64,000 nucleotides of DNA from an uncultured delta proteobacterium (GCA_963814585.1 CAWFDF010000014.1:480001-544000); one strand, 5' to 3'; positions 9,698 to 21,298 are shown, counted from the first letter of the stretch. Notes: generated from the letters alone by a model not told the origin. Translations and numbers: made by a program.

Positions 9698-10833
9698 GCC
9701 GCCGACACGTGGCGGTCGCCGGGGTCCTGGGCGTCGCCTTGCTGGTGGCCGTCGTGCTGGCGTCCCCGCCGCGTGGCGACCCCGCGCTCTCCCGCTTCCC
9801 GTCGACCGGGTCCACCCGGAGTCCGGGGGTCGCGGCCGCCGCCCGCTGGCTCACGGCGACCGGGCGTCCCCACCGCCGGGTGGTGGACGACGCGGCGCCA
9901 CCCCGGGCCGGGGAGGTCTGGCTCCTGCTCGCGCCGGCGCAGGCCCTCGACGAAGGCGAGGTGAGCGCCGTCGTCGACCACGCCAGCGCCGGCGGGGTGG
10001 TGGTCTGGGCGCTCGGCGAGGCCGCCGAGGCCCGGCAGCCCGCGCTGGCGAGGCGGCTCCAGGCGCGGCGCCTGGCGGGTGGCGGTCCAGGGGCCGGCCC
10101 GGGGGCGGGACCCCACCCGCTCTTCGACGGCCTGATCCTGCCCGGCGCCGCCGGCGGCGTGGCCTCGGACCTGCCGGGAGCGCGCGCCGTGCTGGGCGAC
10201 GCGGATCGGCCCGGCGCGGTGGCCATCCCCATCGGACGAGGCGAGGTGGTGCTGCTGCCCGGCCCGGAACTGCTCGACAACCGCCACATCGGCGAGGGCG
10301 ACGCCTTGTCACTCTGGGTGAGACTGGCGGCCCGTGGGCCCATCGCCTTCGACGAGCGGCACCTCCGCCCCGCCGCGCCCAGGCCCATGGAGGGGTCGAG
10401 CCCGCCGGTGCTGCTGGGGCTGCAGCTCGGCCTCGTGGTCCTGCTGCTGGCCGCCGCCGCCTGGCCGCGGTTCGGCGCCCTCCGGCCGCCGCCGCCGGGC
10501 GGGAGCGGGCCGACCACCGGCGACTACCTGGTCTCGCTGGCCGACCTGTACCGGCGCGCCGGCGCCGAGCCGGAGCTGGCGTCGGCCACCTGGGAGCGCC
10601 TGCGGCGGCGGCTGGAGCGGGACGCCGGGGTGGCGGCGGGGCTCCCGGCCGAGCAGGCGGTGCGGCGGCTGGCGCAGGGCGCTCCCGCCGCCGCGGAGGC
10701 CTTCCGTCGCGGCGAGGAGGTCCTGGCCCGCGGCGGTCCTGGCCTCCTGCTGGCGGTGGCCCGGGCCGTGGCCGACGTCGACGCGGCCCGGCGCCGGCGC
10801 GGCCCGGCGCGGCAGCCGGATCGCGCATGCTAG
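9694..10833 (+). CDS. DUF4350 domain protein
   Basis: N-terminal TM, ST.ST..PG.AA..WL, GRGEVVLL.GPELLDN, AFDERH, RFG...DYLVSLADLYRRAG. Confidence 0.75.
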   Translation: MSRRHVAVAGVLGVALLVAVVLASPPRGDPALSRFPSTGSTRSPGVAAAARWLTATGRPHRRVVDDAAPPRAGEVWLLLAPAQALDEGEVSAVVDHASAGGVVVWALGEAAEARQPALARRLQARRLAGGGPGAGPGAGPHPLFDGLILPGAAGGVASDLPGARAVLGDADRPGAVAIPIGRGEVVLLPGPELLDNRHIGEGDALSLWVRLAARGPIAFDERHLRPAAPRPMEGSSPPVLLGLQLGLVVLLLAAAAWPRFGALRPPPPGGSGPTTGDYLVSLADLYRRAGAEPELASATWERLRRRLERDAGVAAGLPAEQAVRRLAQGAPAAAEAFRRGEEVLARGGPGLLLAVARAVADVDAARRRRGPARQPDRAC

Positions 10834-10842
10834 ACTCCGCCC

Positions 10843-11817
10843 ATGTCGAACCTGGACGAGGGGCGCGGCGCGTCCGGCGGCCCTCCCGAAGCGCGGGTGG
10901 AGGCCGAGATCGCCAAGGCCGTGGTCGGCCAGGCCGAGCCGGTGCGCCAGCTGCTGGCGGCGCTGGTGGCGGGCGGCCACGTCCTGCTGGAGGGCGTGCC
11001 CGGCGTGGCCAAGACGCTGCTGGCCAAGGCGCTGGCCCGCACCCTCGACCTCCGCTTCGGGCGCGTGCAGTTCACGCCCGACCTCATGCCGGCCGACATC
11101 CTCGGCACCAGCGTGTACCGGGTCCAGGCCGGCACCTTCGAGCTGCGCCGCGGCCCGATCTTCACCGACGTGCTGCTGGCGGACGAGATCAACCGCACCC
11201 CCCCCAAGACCCAGTCCGCCCTGCTGGAGGCGATGGAGGAGCGGCAGGTGACGCTCGACGGTGAGCGGCTGGAGCTGGGGGGCGACTTCTTCGTGATCGC
11301 GACGCAGAACCCCATCGAGTACGAGGGGACCTACCCGCTCCCCGAGGCCCAGGTCGATCGCTTCATGATGAAGATCAGGATGGGCTACCCGGAGGCGGAC
11401 GAGGAGGTGGAGATCCTGCGCCGCGCCGCGGTCCGGGGCGACGGGCACGACCTCGCGGCGGCCGGCGTCGAGGCCGTCCTGGCCCGCGGTGGACTGGCGA
11501 CGCTGCGGGAGCGGGCCCGGAGGGTGCCCGTGGCGCCGCCGCTCCTCGACTACGTGGCGCGGCTGGTCCGAGGCAGCCGGCAGCTGGCGCGCGTCCGTCT
11601 CGGGGGCTCACCCCGCGCCGGGGTGCAGCTGCTGGCGGCGGCCCGGGCCCGGGCGGCGCTGCGCGGCGCCGAGTGGCTCTCGCCCGACGACGTGAAGGCC
11701 TCGGCACCGCCGGTGCTGCGCCACCGCCTCGTCCTCCGGCCCGACGCCGAGCTGGAGGGCGCCAGCGCCGACGAGCTGGTGGCCGAGCTGCTCGACACGG
11801 TGCCGGTGCCACGGTAG
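10843..11817 (+). CDS. moxR: MoxR family AAA+ ATPase
   Basis: [69 protein letters not shown]. Confidence 0.95.
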   Translation: MSNLDEGRGASGGPPEARVEAEIAKAVVGQAEPVRQLLAALVAGGHVLLEGVPGVAKTLLAKALARTLDLRFGRVQFTPDLMPADILGTSVYRVQAGTFELRRGPIFTDVLLADEINRTPPKTQSALLEAMEERQVTLDGERLELGGDFFVIATQNPIEYEGTYPLPEAQVDRFMMKIRMGYPEADEEVEILRRAAVRGDGHDLAAAGVEAVLARGGLATLRERARRVPVAPPLLDYVARLVRGSRQLARVRLGGSPRAGVQLLAAARARAALRGAEWLSPDDVKASAPPVLRHRLVLRPDAELEGASADELVAELLDTVPVPR

Positions 11818-13165
11818 TGCCGATCCCCTCGATCCGGCGATCTGGCTCGCCACCCTGGGGCTGGCCTGGCCGCTGCTGCTGGGCGGCGGCCGGGCCGGCC
11901 TCGCCGCCATGCTGGCGTGGGACGCCGCGGTGATGCTGCTGACCATCGCCGACCGGTGGCTGGCGCCCGCCGCCGGGGGCTTCTCGGCCGGGCGGCGGAT
12001 GCGTGAGCCGCTCACCGCCTTCGCCTCCAACCCGGTCGCGCTGCGCCTCCAGGCCCCGGGCCGGCGGCCGCTCCGCATCGCCCTGGCCGACTCGCCACCC
12101 CCGGGCTTCGACTCGGCCGGGCACCGGAGGGTGCTCGCCCCCCGGCCCGGCCAGGAGCGGAGCGACCGCCCGGACCTCGTCGAGGACCTGGTCGAGTACG
12201 CGGTCACGCCACGCTCCCGCGGCCGGCACGCCTTCGGCGACCTCCACCTGCGGGTCCTCGGCCCGCTTGGCCTGGGCTGGCGACCGGTCCGCCTGCCGCT
12301 GCGGCAGGTGGTGAGCGTCTACCCCGATCTCGGCCTGGGGGCGGGCCTGGCCACCGCCGACCTCGCGGCCATCCCGGACCTCGGCCGGGTCCGCCGCGAC
12401 TCGCGCCTCGGCCGCTCCGAGGGGCGCGAGTTCGCCGCCCTCCGCCACTACCTGGCCGGCGACGACCTCCGGTCGGTGGACTGGAAGGCCACGGCGAGGC
12501 GCGGCTGGCCGGTGGTCCGCGAGTGGCAGCCGGAGCGGAACCAGACCGTCTGGGTCCTGCTCGACTGTGGACGCGGCCTGGGCGCCCCGGTGGGAAGCGG
12601 CCGGACCCGGCTGGACCGCGCCGTCGAGGCCGCGCTGGCCCTGGCGCGCGCGGCCGCAGGGCGCGGCGACCGGACCGGCCTGATCCTCTTCGGGGCGGAG
12701 GTGGAGCGGGTGGTCCCGGCGGAGGCCGGCAGGACCAGGCTCGGCCCGCTGGCGGAGGCCCTCCACCTCGCCGAGTCCCGGCCCGCCGAGGCCGACTACG
12801 GTGCCGCCTTCGACGAGCTGCTGGCCCGCCAGCGGCGGCGGGCCCTGGTGGTCGTCTTCACGGAGCTCTCCGACCCCGAGACCAGCGCGCTCCTGCTGGC
12901 CCGGGCCGAGTTCCTCCGCCGGCGTCACCTCGTCGCCGTGGCCACCATCGCCGACCCCGACCTGGTCGAGGCCGCCACGGCGAGGCCCGAGACCGAGGCC
13001 GCCGCCTTCGCGCGGGCCGCGGCGGAGCGGATCGGGGGAGAGCGGGAGGCCGCCGAGCGGCGCCTGGCCGCGGCCGGCGTCGCCGTGATCCACGCCGCGG
13101 CAGCCGACCTGCCCCGGGCGGTGGTGGCGCGCTACGCGGAGTTGAAGGAGCGCGGGGTCCTCTAG
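11817..13165 (+). CDS. DUF58 (vWA-like) protein; apparent frameshift near 11838
   Basis: GREFAALRHYLAGDDLRSVDWKATARR, LLDCGR; N-terminus VPIPSIR lies in another frame. Confidence 0.85.
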
Positions 13166-13195
13166 CCTCGGGCTGGGCGCAGCGCCGTGCCGACC

Positions 13196-13235
13196 TTGAC
13201 GTCGTGATGTCGCGATGATATCAGTCCGACATCAC
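13196..13235 (+). promoter_or_regulatory. Sigma70-like promoter overlapped by a palindromic operator
   Basis: TTGACG-N17-TATCAG; GTGATGTCG-cga-TGATATCA-gtc-CGACATCAC. Confidence 0.65.
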
Positions 13236-13248
13236 TGGAGGGAACCTC

Positions 13249-14116
13249 ATGGTCCGCGAGAAGCCGAACAAGCCGTCGTCCGGTTGGTCCGCCGTCGTCC
13301 TCGGCGTCGTCCTGGCGCTGGTCGCCGCGGGGGCGCTGGCCACCGGGATCCGGGGAGGCGGGGCGCTGCTGGTGCTGGTCTTCGTGGTCGCGCTGCTCGG
13401 GGCGCTGATCGCCTTCGCCGGCCTCTTCGTCGTCAATCCCAATGACGCCAAGGTGCTCCAGCTCTTCGGCGAGTACGTGGGCTCGGTGCGCGAGGCCGGG
13501 TTCTTCTGGGCCAACCCCTTCTACTCGAAGCGGCGCGTCAGCCTGCGCCTGGTCTCGTTCGAGGTCGGCAAGCTCAAGGTGAACGACCTGGACGGCAACC
13601 CCATCGAGATCGCGGCCATCGTGGTCTGGAAGGTGGTCGACAGCGCCCAGGCGGTCTTCGAGGTCGACACCTATCCCGAGTACGTCCGGGTGCAGGGCGA
13701 GTCGGCGGTCCGGCACCCTGGCCTCGCGGTACCCCTACGACGCCCACGACGACGCCACCCTCTCGCTGCGTGGCAACACCCAGCAGGTGGCCGAGCACCT
13801 CCAGGCGGAGCTCGACGAGCGGGTGCGGCTGGCCGGCGTCAAGGTGCTGGAGGCCCGCATCAGCCACCTGGCCTACGCCCCGGAGATCGCCCAGGCCATG
13901 CTGCAGCGCCAGCAGGCCGGCGCCATCATCGCGGCCCGGCAGAAGATCGTCGACGGCGCGGTCGGCATGGTCGAGATGGCGCTCGACCGCCTCAGCCGCA
14001 ACCAGGTGGTCTCCCTCGACGAGGAGCGGAAGGCGGCCATGGTCTCCAACCTGCTGGTGGTGCTCTGCAGCGAGCGCAGCGCCCAGCCCATCGTCAACGC
14101 CGGGACCCTCTACTAG
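13249..14116 (+). CDS. SPFH/Band 7 domain protein; apparent frameshift near 13716
   Basis: [32 protein letters not shown], then [22 protein letters not shown]...[10 protein letters not shown] in the next frame. Confidence 0.9.
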
Positions 14117-14129
14117 GGGCGGGGACGGC

Positions 14130-14309
14130 GTGGCCGAGCGGAAGCCCTTCCTGCTGCGGATCGACGCCGGGGTGCTCGACGCGCTCCAGCGGTGGGCCGC
14201 CGACGACCTCCGCTCGGTCAATGGCCAGATCGAGTACCTGCTGCGCTCGGCGCTCCGGCAGGCCGGTCGGGACCTCAGGCCGGAGAAGAGGCCCGCCTCG
14301 AAGGGTTGA
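14130..14309 (+). CDS. Arc-like ribbon-helix-helix DNA-binding protein
   Basis: [39 protein letters not shown], typical RHH pattern directly after the SPFH gene. Confidence 0.85.
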   Translation: MAERKPFLLRIDAGVLDALQRWAADDLRSVNGQIEYLLRSALRQAGRDLRPEKRPASKG

Positions 14310-14335
14310 CGAGCCGGGCGCGGGGGAGCGGTGGC

Positions 14336-15557
14336 TCAGGCCGCCGTGCCCGCCGGGCGACGGGCCAGGCGCGCCTGCACCGCCGCCAGCAGGAAGGGGA
14401 CGGCCAGCGCCACGGCGCAGGAGAAGGCGCTCAGGGCCGCCATCCCCCCCAGGCGCCCGTCGGGCTCGACGGTGAGGAGCCGCGTGGAGAGCCCGGCGCC
14501 GAGCGCGCTGGCCAGGTGCTGCACCGCCGACTGGATCGACATGAAGCGGGCTCGCTCGGCCGGGCCAGGCACCCGCGAGGTCAGGGTGTTCATCGCCACG
14601 TTGCGCAGCGAGTTGCCCATCATGAAGGCCACGAAGAGGGGCATCACCGGCATCCAGGGCGGCGGCCAGGCGAAGCCGAAGGCCAGCACGCCGACGTAGA
14701 CGGTCGTCCCCCCCGCCGAGACCACCGGGGCCCCGAAGCGATCCACCCAGCGGCCGGCGATGCGGAGCATCACGAAGGCCACCGCCCCGGCCACCATGTA
14801 GACGATCCCCAGCCGGTCGCGCGGGTAGCCGAGGTTGAGCTGCACGTGGGCCGAGATGTTGGGGATGATGGCGAAGCCGGACATCATGGCCGCGGCGGTG
14901 GAGGCCAGCGAGAGCAGGGCCACCGGGCTGTCGCAGCAGGCTCCCGACCGAGCCGCGCTCCGCCCCCGGGGCCCGGGCCCGCTCCACGTGGCCGCGCATG
15001 GGCGGCATGAGGAGGAGCGCGCCGCCGGCCACCAGCAGGCCGAGCGCCGCCACGGCGAAGAACGGCGTCCGCCAGCTTCCCAGCCGGGCCAGCTCCAGCC
15101 CCGCCGGCACGCCCAGCACCGAGGCCACCGAGAAGGCCCCCATCACGGCGCCGAGGGCCCGACCGCGCCGCTCGCCCGGCACGGCGTCGGCGACGATGGA
15201 GAGCGCCAGCGAGGTGGCCGGGCCGCCGAAGAAGCCGGCCGCCAACCGGGCCGCCACCATGGAGGAGAAGCCGGTCGCCAGCCCGCCCGAGGCGGTCGCC
15301 ACCACCAGCCCGAGCATGGCCACCGCCAGCGCCCGGCGCCGGTCGAAGCGATCGAGGAACGTGGCCCCCAGCAGCCCGGCCACGGCGGCCGCCGCGGTGT
15401 AGGAGCCGCCGACCAGGCCGAGCTGCGAGGCGGGGATCCCCAGCCCGGCGGCGAAGTCGGGGCCGAGCGGCATCACCATCATGAAGTCGAGGACGTTGAC
15501 GAACTGGACGGCGCCGACCAGGAAGAGGAGCGCTCGCTCGGAGATCGGCCGTGGCAC
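14336..15557 (-). CDS. MFS transporter; apparent frameshift near 14925
   Basis: VQFVNVLDFMMVMPLGP, motif A LDRFDRRR, second half GRWVDRFG in another frame. Confidence 0.88.
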
Positions 15558-15794
15558 GGGCGGGTTGTAGCAGGTCCGCCCGCCACCGCCGGGGCGGCCC
15601 CCTCCCCGTGGCCTCGGGCCGGGGTCCCCATTCCCCCGGGATCCCCAAGCTGGTACATTCCCGCTCCTCGGCGTCGCGAGGCGCCGGGCTCGCCCGGGTG
15701 GCCGGGGAGACGGTGGTGGATGGGCGCGCGGTGCGTGCCCGCGGGTCGGTGGGGAGGCGTGGGGATGGGCGTGGGGTCGGTCGTCGGGTCGCGC

Positions 15795-18523
15795 GTGAAG
15801 GGCCAGAAGCCCGCAGCGCTGACCCGTTTTCACCAGCGCATCGCCGCCGAGGCGCTGACAGCCCGATCGGGCCGCGGCGCGTCGCGCCTGGCCCCGGCGC
15901 TGGCCCACTCCGCCGTCGACCTCAACCCGCACCAGATCGAGGCCGCCGCCTTCGCGCTGGACTCGCTGGCCACCGGCGGGGCCGTGCTGGCCGACGAGGT
16001 CGGCCTCGGCAAGACCGTCGAGGCCGGGCTGGTGCTGGCCCAGCTGGCCGCCGAGGGGAAGCCGCGGGCCGTCATCCTGGTGCCGGCGTCGCTGCGCGCC
16101 CAGTGGCGAGACGAGCTGCGCGACAAGTTCGGGCTGGACGCCGAGGTGGTGGACGGCGACACCTGCCGCGCCGCCGAGAAGGCGGGCCTGCGCACCAACC
16201 CCTTCGACACCGGCGGCATCGTCATCGCCTCCCACCCGTTCGCGGCCATGCGCGCCAGCGAGCTGGAGCGGGTGGCCTGGGACGTGGCGGTGATCGACGA
16301 GGCCCACCGCCTCCGCAACGCCTACCGCAAGGACCACCGCACCGGCCAGGCGCTGCGCCGGGGCCTGCGCCGGTGCCCCAAGCTGCTGCTCACCGCCACG
16401 CCGCTCCAGAACGACCTGATGGAGCTGCTCGGCCTGGCCTCCTTCATCGACGACGCCCTGCTCGGCAGCGAGGACGCCTTCCGGCTCCAGTACGCCACCG
16501 GCGAGCTGACCGACGAGAAGGCCGAGGACCTGAAGGCCAGGCTCGCCCCGGTGGTGATCCGCACGCTGCGCCGCCAGGTGCGCGAGTACGTGAAGTTCAC
16601 GGCCCGCCGCTCCATCGTGGAGGACTTCGCCCCCTCGGCGGAGGAGCAGGCGCTCTACGACCGGGTCTCCGACTACCTGCGGCGCGAGGACACCCACGCC
16701 ATCCCGCTGGCGCGCCGCGCCCTCTTCGTCCTGGTCTACCGGAAGATCCTGGCCTCCTCCTCCTTCGCGCTGGCCGGCACGCTGGAGCGGCTGGCCGACT
16801 CGCTCGACGAGCGGCTGGCCGGCGCCGAGGGCTCGGCCCAGGCCGACCTGGCGCTGGAGCTGGACGGCTTCGACGACGAGGTGGAGGAGCTCTTCGACGA
16901 CGCCGCGCCGGCGCGCCCCCGGAGCTCGAGGGCGGTCCGGCAGATGACCGCCGAGCTCTCCGAGCTGCGGGAGTGCGCCCGGATGGCGCGGGGCATCAGG
17001 CGGAACGCCAAGGCCGACGCCCTGGTGCGCGGCCTGGACCGCTGCTTCACGGTGGCCCAGGCCTGCGGCTGGCCGGAGAAGGCGGTGGTCTTCACCGAGT
17101 TCCGCCGCACCCAGGACCACCTGGCCCAGCTGCTGCGCTCGCGCGGCTACCTGGTCACCTGCCTCTCCGGCGACGTCTCGGGCACCGAGAAGCGGGCGGC
17201 GCTGGTGGAGGAGTTCCGCGACCGGTCGCAGATCCTGCTCATGACCGAGGCCGGCGCCGAGGGGCTCAACCTCCAGTTCTGCAACCTGGTGGTCAACTTC
17301 GACCTGCCCTGGAACCCGCAGCGGGTCGAGCAGCGCATCGGCCGGTGCCACCGCTACGGCCAGCAGCGCGACGTGCTGGTGCTCAACTTCCTCAACCGCG
17401 CCAACGCCGCCGACGCCCGGCTCTACGACCTGCTCTCGCAGAAGCTGGCGCTCTTCGACGGGGTCTTCGGCTCCTCCGACGAGATCCTCGGGGCGCTCGG
17501 CAGCGGCATCGACTTCGAGAAGCGGGTGCTCGACATCTACCAGTCGTGCCGCTCGCCCGACGAGATCGACCAGGCCTTCACGTCGCTGCGCGCCGACCTG
17601 GACGGGCGCATCACCGCCCGCTTCAGCGCGGCCCGGACGCTGCTCTTCGAGAGGTTCGACGGGGAGGTGCGCGGCCGGCTGCGGGTGGCCGAGGCCGACG
17701 CCCGGGAGGCGGTGGCTCGGCGCGACGCCGAGGAGGACGCCCTGCTCGAGGCGGCCTTCGAGGGCGAGCCGCGGCCGCCCGGGCTGACCCCGAGCCGGGA
17801 GCGGTGCGCTCGCGCACCGGGCGGGCCAGGCTGCTCCAGGCGGCTGCCGAGAAGGTGAAGGCGCGGCCGCAGGACGCCGTCGCCATGCTGGAGCTGCCGG
17901 CGCGGGCGCTCCCCGCCCGGCTGGGCAAGCTGGCCGGCCGCGAGGGCTGGTGGTTCGCCTACAAGTTCGGCATCGACGGGCTGGTCTCGGAGGAGCGGGT
18001 GGTCCACCTCGTCCTCTGGCACGACGGCGAGCGCTTCAACGCCCTGCCGCTCGACGAGGCCGACGAGTTCGCCGCCCTCCCCGCCGAGGAGGCCCGCGGG
18101 GGCCCGCGCAGCGCCACCGTCTCCATCGGCGCCAGCCAGGAGGAGGCGCTGGCCGCCATCCACGCCCAGCTGGCGTCGGAGGTCCAGGTCCGCTCCGGGG
18201 CCGCCTTCGACGAGTCGCGCGAGCGCTGGGACCGGAGCGTCGAGGACGCGCTGCTGGCGCCGCGGGCGGGGGTGGAGGCGGCGCGCCTGGCCTGGCAGCG
18301 GGCCCGCGGCGCCCTGCACGACCCGGGTGACCTGCCGCAGCGCGACCGCCGCGCGATGCTGGAGCGGGCCGAGCGCGAGTACCGGCGCAAGCTCGACGAG
18401 CTGCGCGCCACCGAGGCGCAGCGCTACGCCGAGCGGGACCGCGCGGTGGCCGAGCTGAAGCGCCGGGCCGAGCCGAAGGAGCGGCGCACCCTGGTGGCGA
18501 CGGCGTACTGGCGGTGCACGTAG
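15795..18523 (+). CDS. SNF2-family helicase/ATPase; apparent frameshift near 17770-17810
   Basis: LNPHQ, LADEVGLGKT, DEAH, LLTATPLQN, TEAGAEGLNLQ, FDLPWNPQRVEQRIGRCHRYGQ; coiled-coil C-terminus in a second frame. Confidence 0.9.
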
Positions 18524-18666
18524 GCGGTGCCCGCGGCTCGCGCCCGCACCATCGGCAGCGGCTGGCCCCGCCCGTGCTCTCCCCTCCCCAACGGCCCGAA
18601 ACGACCGTTTTCCTGCGCCGGAGGAAAGGCAGCGCTCCGCCCTCGCTCCGGGTAGTCTCCCCCCCC

Positions 18667-20424
18667 ATGCCCACTGTCCCCCACCGCTCCACGCTCGCCG
18701 TCCTGGCCACCCTGGCCGGCGCCCTGGTCCCCGTGGCCGCCGTCCCCTGCACCAGCGCGATGGTGACCCGCGGCGCCACCACCGACGGATCCACCTTCCT
18801 CACCTACCTGGCCGACTCGCACGTCCTCTACGGTGAGCTCTACTTCCGCGCCGCCGGCCGCCATGCCCCCGGGACGCTGCGGGAGATCATCGAGTGGGAC
18901 ACCGGCAAGCGGCTGGGGGCCATCCCCGAGGCTGCGGCCACCCACGCCCGCGTCGGCAACATCAACGAGCACCAGGTGGCCATCGGCGAGTCCACCTTCA
19001 CCGGCCGCAAGGAGCTGTCCAAGCCGGCCGGGATCCTCGACTACGGCTCGCTCATGTACATCGCCCTGGAGCGGGCGCGCACCGCGCGCGAGGCGGTGAC
19101 GGTGATCACCACCCTGGTGGCCGAGCACGGCTACGCCTCCACCGGCGAGTCGCTCTCCATCTCGGATCCGAACGAGGCCTGGCTGCTCGAGATCATCGGC
19201 AAGGGCGAGGGGAAGAAGGGGGCGGTCTGGGTGGCACGCCGGGTGCCGGACGGCCACATCACCGCCCACGCCAACGCCGCGCGCATCCGGACCTTCCCCC
19301 TCAAGGACCGCGACACCCTCTACGCCCCCGACGTCATCTCCTTTGCCCGCGAGCAGGGCTGGTTCCAGGGCGCCGATGCCGAGTTCAGCTTCGCCGACAT
19401 CTACGCCCCGGCCGACTTCGGGGCCCGGCGCTTCTGCGATTCGAGGGTCTGGAGCGTCTTCCGCCGCGCCGCCCCGTCGGCCAGCCTGCCCGAGGCGGCC
19501 ATCCTGGGTGATCCCAAGGCGCCGCCCCTGCCGCTCTGGATCAAGGTCGACAGGAAGCTCGGCGCCCAGGACGTCATGGCGCTGATGCGCGATCACTTCG
19601 AGGGGACCTCGCTCGACATGACCCGCGACCTGGGGGCCGGCCCGTACGCCCTCCCCTACCGCTGGCGTCCGCTCACCTTCAAGCTGGACGGCAAGGAGTA
19701 CCTGAACGAGCGGGCCATCTCGACGCAGCAGACCGGCTTCTCCTTCGTGGCCCAGTCACGGGCCTGGCTCCCCGGCCCCGTCGGCGGGGTGCTCTGGTTC
19801 GGCGTCGACGACACCGCCAGCACCGTCTACGTGCCGATCTACGCGGGCCTGCGCGAGCCGCCGCGGCCGTTCGCGGTCGGCACCGGCGACTTCGACCACT
19901 TCACCTGGGACTCGGCCTTCTGGACCTTCAACGCCGTCTCCAACTTCACCTACTCGCGCTACGCCGACATGATCGCCGACGTGCGCCGGGCCCAGGGTGA
20001 GCTGGAGGGGGGCTACGCGGCCCGCCAGGCCGACGTCGAGCAGGCGGCGCTGCAGCTCTGGAAGAGCTCTCCGGAGCAGGCCCGTGCCTTCCTGACCGAC
20101 TACTCGGCGCGCGCCTCGGAGCAGGCGCTGGCGCGCTGGAGGCTCCTCTTCGGCGAGCTGCTGGTGAAGTACCTGGACGGCAACGTGCGCGACGCCCAGG
20201 GGAAGGTGACCCACCCGGAGGCGCCCGAGGGCTGGCGGCGGCGCATCGTGCAGGACGCCGGCCCCCGGCTGGAGATGCCGGCCCGGGAGGCGGCGCCGCC
20301 TGGTCCGGCCGCGCCTCGGGCGACCGCTCCGGCGCCCGCTGCGGCCCCGACGCCATCGACACCGGCCCCCTCGCCGCCGCCCGTCAAGCCGCCCGCAGCG
20401 TCAGCGCCCGCGGCAAGACCGTGA
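18667..20424 (+). CDS. Peptidase C69 family dipeptidase (Ntn hydrolase), secreted
   Basis: Signal peptide then CTSAMVTRGATTDGS, NINEHQVAIGESTF, ANAARI; Pro/Ala tail. Confidence 0.9.
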   Translation: MPTVPHRSTLAVLATLAGALVPVAAVPCTSAMVTRGATTDGSTFLTYLADSHVLYGELYFRAAGRHAPGTLREIIEWDTGKRLGAIPEAAATHARVGNINEHQVAIGESTFTGRKELSKPAGILDYGSLMYIALERARTAREAVTVITTLVAEHGYASTGESLSISDPNEAWLLEIIGKGEGKKGAVWVARRVPDGHITAHANAARIRTFPLKDRDTLYAPDVISFAREQGWFQGADAEFSFADIYAPADFGARRFCDSRVWSVFRRAAPSASLPEAAILGDPKAPPLPLWIKVDRKLGAQDVMALMRDHFEGTSLDMTRDLGAGPYALPYRWRPLTFKLDGKEYLNERAISTQQTGFSFVAQSRAWLPGPVGGVLWFGVDDTASTVYVPIYAGLREPPRPFAVGTGDFDHFTWDSAFWTFNAVSNFTYSRYADMIADVRRAQGELEGGYAARQADVEQAALQLWKSSPEQARAFLTDYSARASEQALARWRLLFGELLVKYLDGNVRDAQGKVTHPEAPEGWRRRIVQDAGPRLEMPAREAAPPGPAAPRATAPAPAAAPTPSTPAPSPPPVKPPAASAPAARP

Positions 20425-21298
20425 AGCGGGCCGGCAGCGTGCCCGGCTGCTCGCCGTCCACCTCCAGCAGCACCCGCGCGCCGCCCATCGGCTCGACCTC
20501 GACCTCCCGCCCGCGCAGCACGCGGGTCCTGGCCAGCCGCACGTGGCGGCCGTCGCGGAGCTTCGGCTGCAGCAGCACGAAGTCGATCGCCGAGTAGCCC
20601 TTCCAGACGGTGACGTCGAGGAGCCCGTCGTCGAGCTGCGCGTCCGGCGAGACCATCACCCCCCCGCCGAAGTAGCGGCCGTTGCAGACCGAGAGCGCGG
20701 TGATCGCCTCCTCCACCCAGGGGCCGCCGTCCACGCGCCAGCGGACGGCCTGGTCGCGCCAGCCGAGCAGCGCGCGGCCCGCGGCCAGCGTGAAGGCGAC
20801 CGGTCCGCCCAGCAGCTTGCTCCCGAGGTTGACGTTGCGCGCGATGCCGGCCGTGATGCCGCAGCTGGCCACGTTGCAGAAGTGGCGCACCCTCGGCGCG
20901 CCGTCCGGCCCGCTGAACTCGATCCGTCCCAGGTCGACCTGGCGCCGGTCCGGCCCCACCAGCTGCCGCACCGCCCCGGCGGCGTCGGAGGGGATGCCGA
21001 GGCTTCGCCGGAAGTCGCCGCCGGAGCCGCACGGGATGAAGCCGAACTCCCCGCGGTAGCCGCCGCCCAGGAGCCCGTCGATCACCTCGGAGGCGGTGCC
21101 GTCTCCGCCCACCGCCACCACCAGCCGGCGGCCGGCCTCGGCCGCCTGCCTCCCCAGCGCGGCCCCATCGCCGATGGTGCGGGTCAGCTGCGTATCGAAC
21201 TCGCCGAGCGAGGCCCTGACTCGACGGCTGATCCCGTCGAGGCTGCGGCCGGCGGCGCCGTTGGAGGAGGTCGGATTGACGATGAGGAGCGGCTTCAA
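20384..21298 (-). CDS. Diacylglycerol kinase / YegS-like lipid kinase
   Basis: IVNPTS, VAVGGDGT, IPCGSGGDF, NGRYFGGG, EVDGE; TTG start inferred. Confidence 0.9.
   Translation of the reverse strand: MKPLLIVNPTSSNGAAGRSLDGISRRVRASLGEFDTQLTRTIGDGAALGRQAAEAGRRLVVAVGGDGTASEVIDGLLGGGYRGEFGFIPCGSGGDFRRSLGIPSDAAGAVRQLVGPDRRQVDLGRIEFSGPDGAPRVRHFCNVASCGITAGIARNVNLGSKLLGGPVAFTLAAGRALLGWRDQAVRWRVDGGPWVEEAITALSVCNGRYFGGGVMVSPDAQLDDGLLDVTVWKGYSAIDFVLLQPKLRDGRHVRLARTRVLRGREVEVEPMGGARVLLEVDGEQPGTLPARFTVLPRALTLRAA

Noticed and set aside
20384..20424. Convergent 3' overlaps (C69/DAGK; also GT-C/TIGR02757 at 55397-55479) as antisense regulation
   Set aside because: Short overlaps of low-complexity tails are common in high-GC genomes
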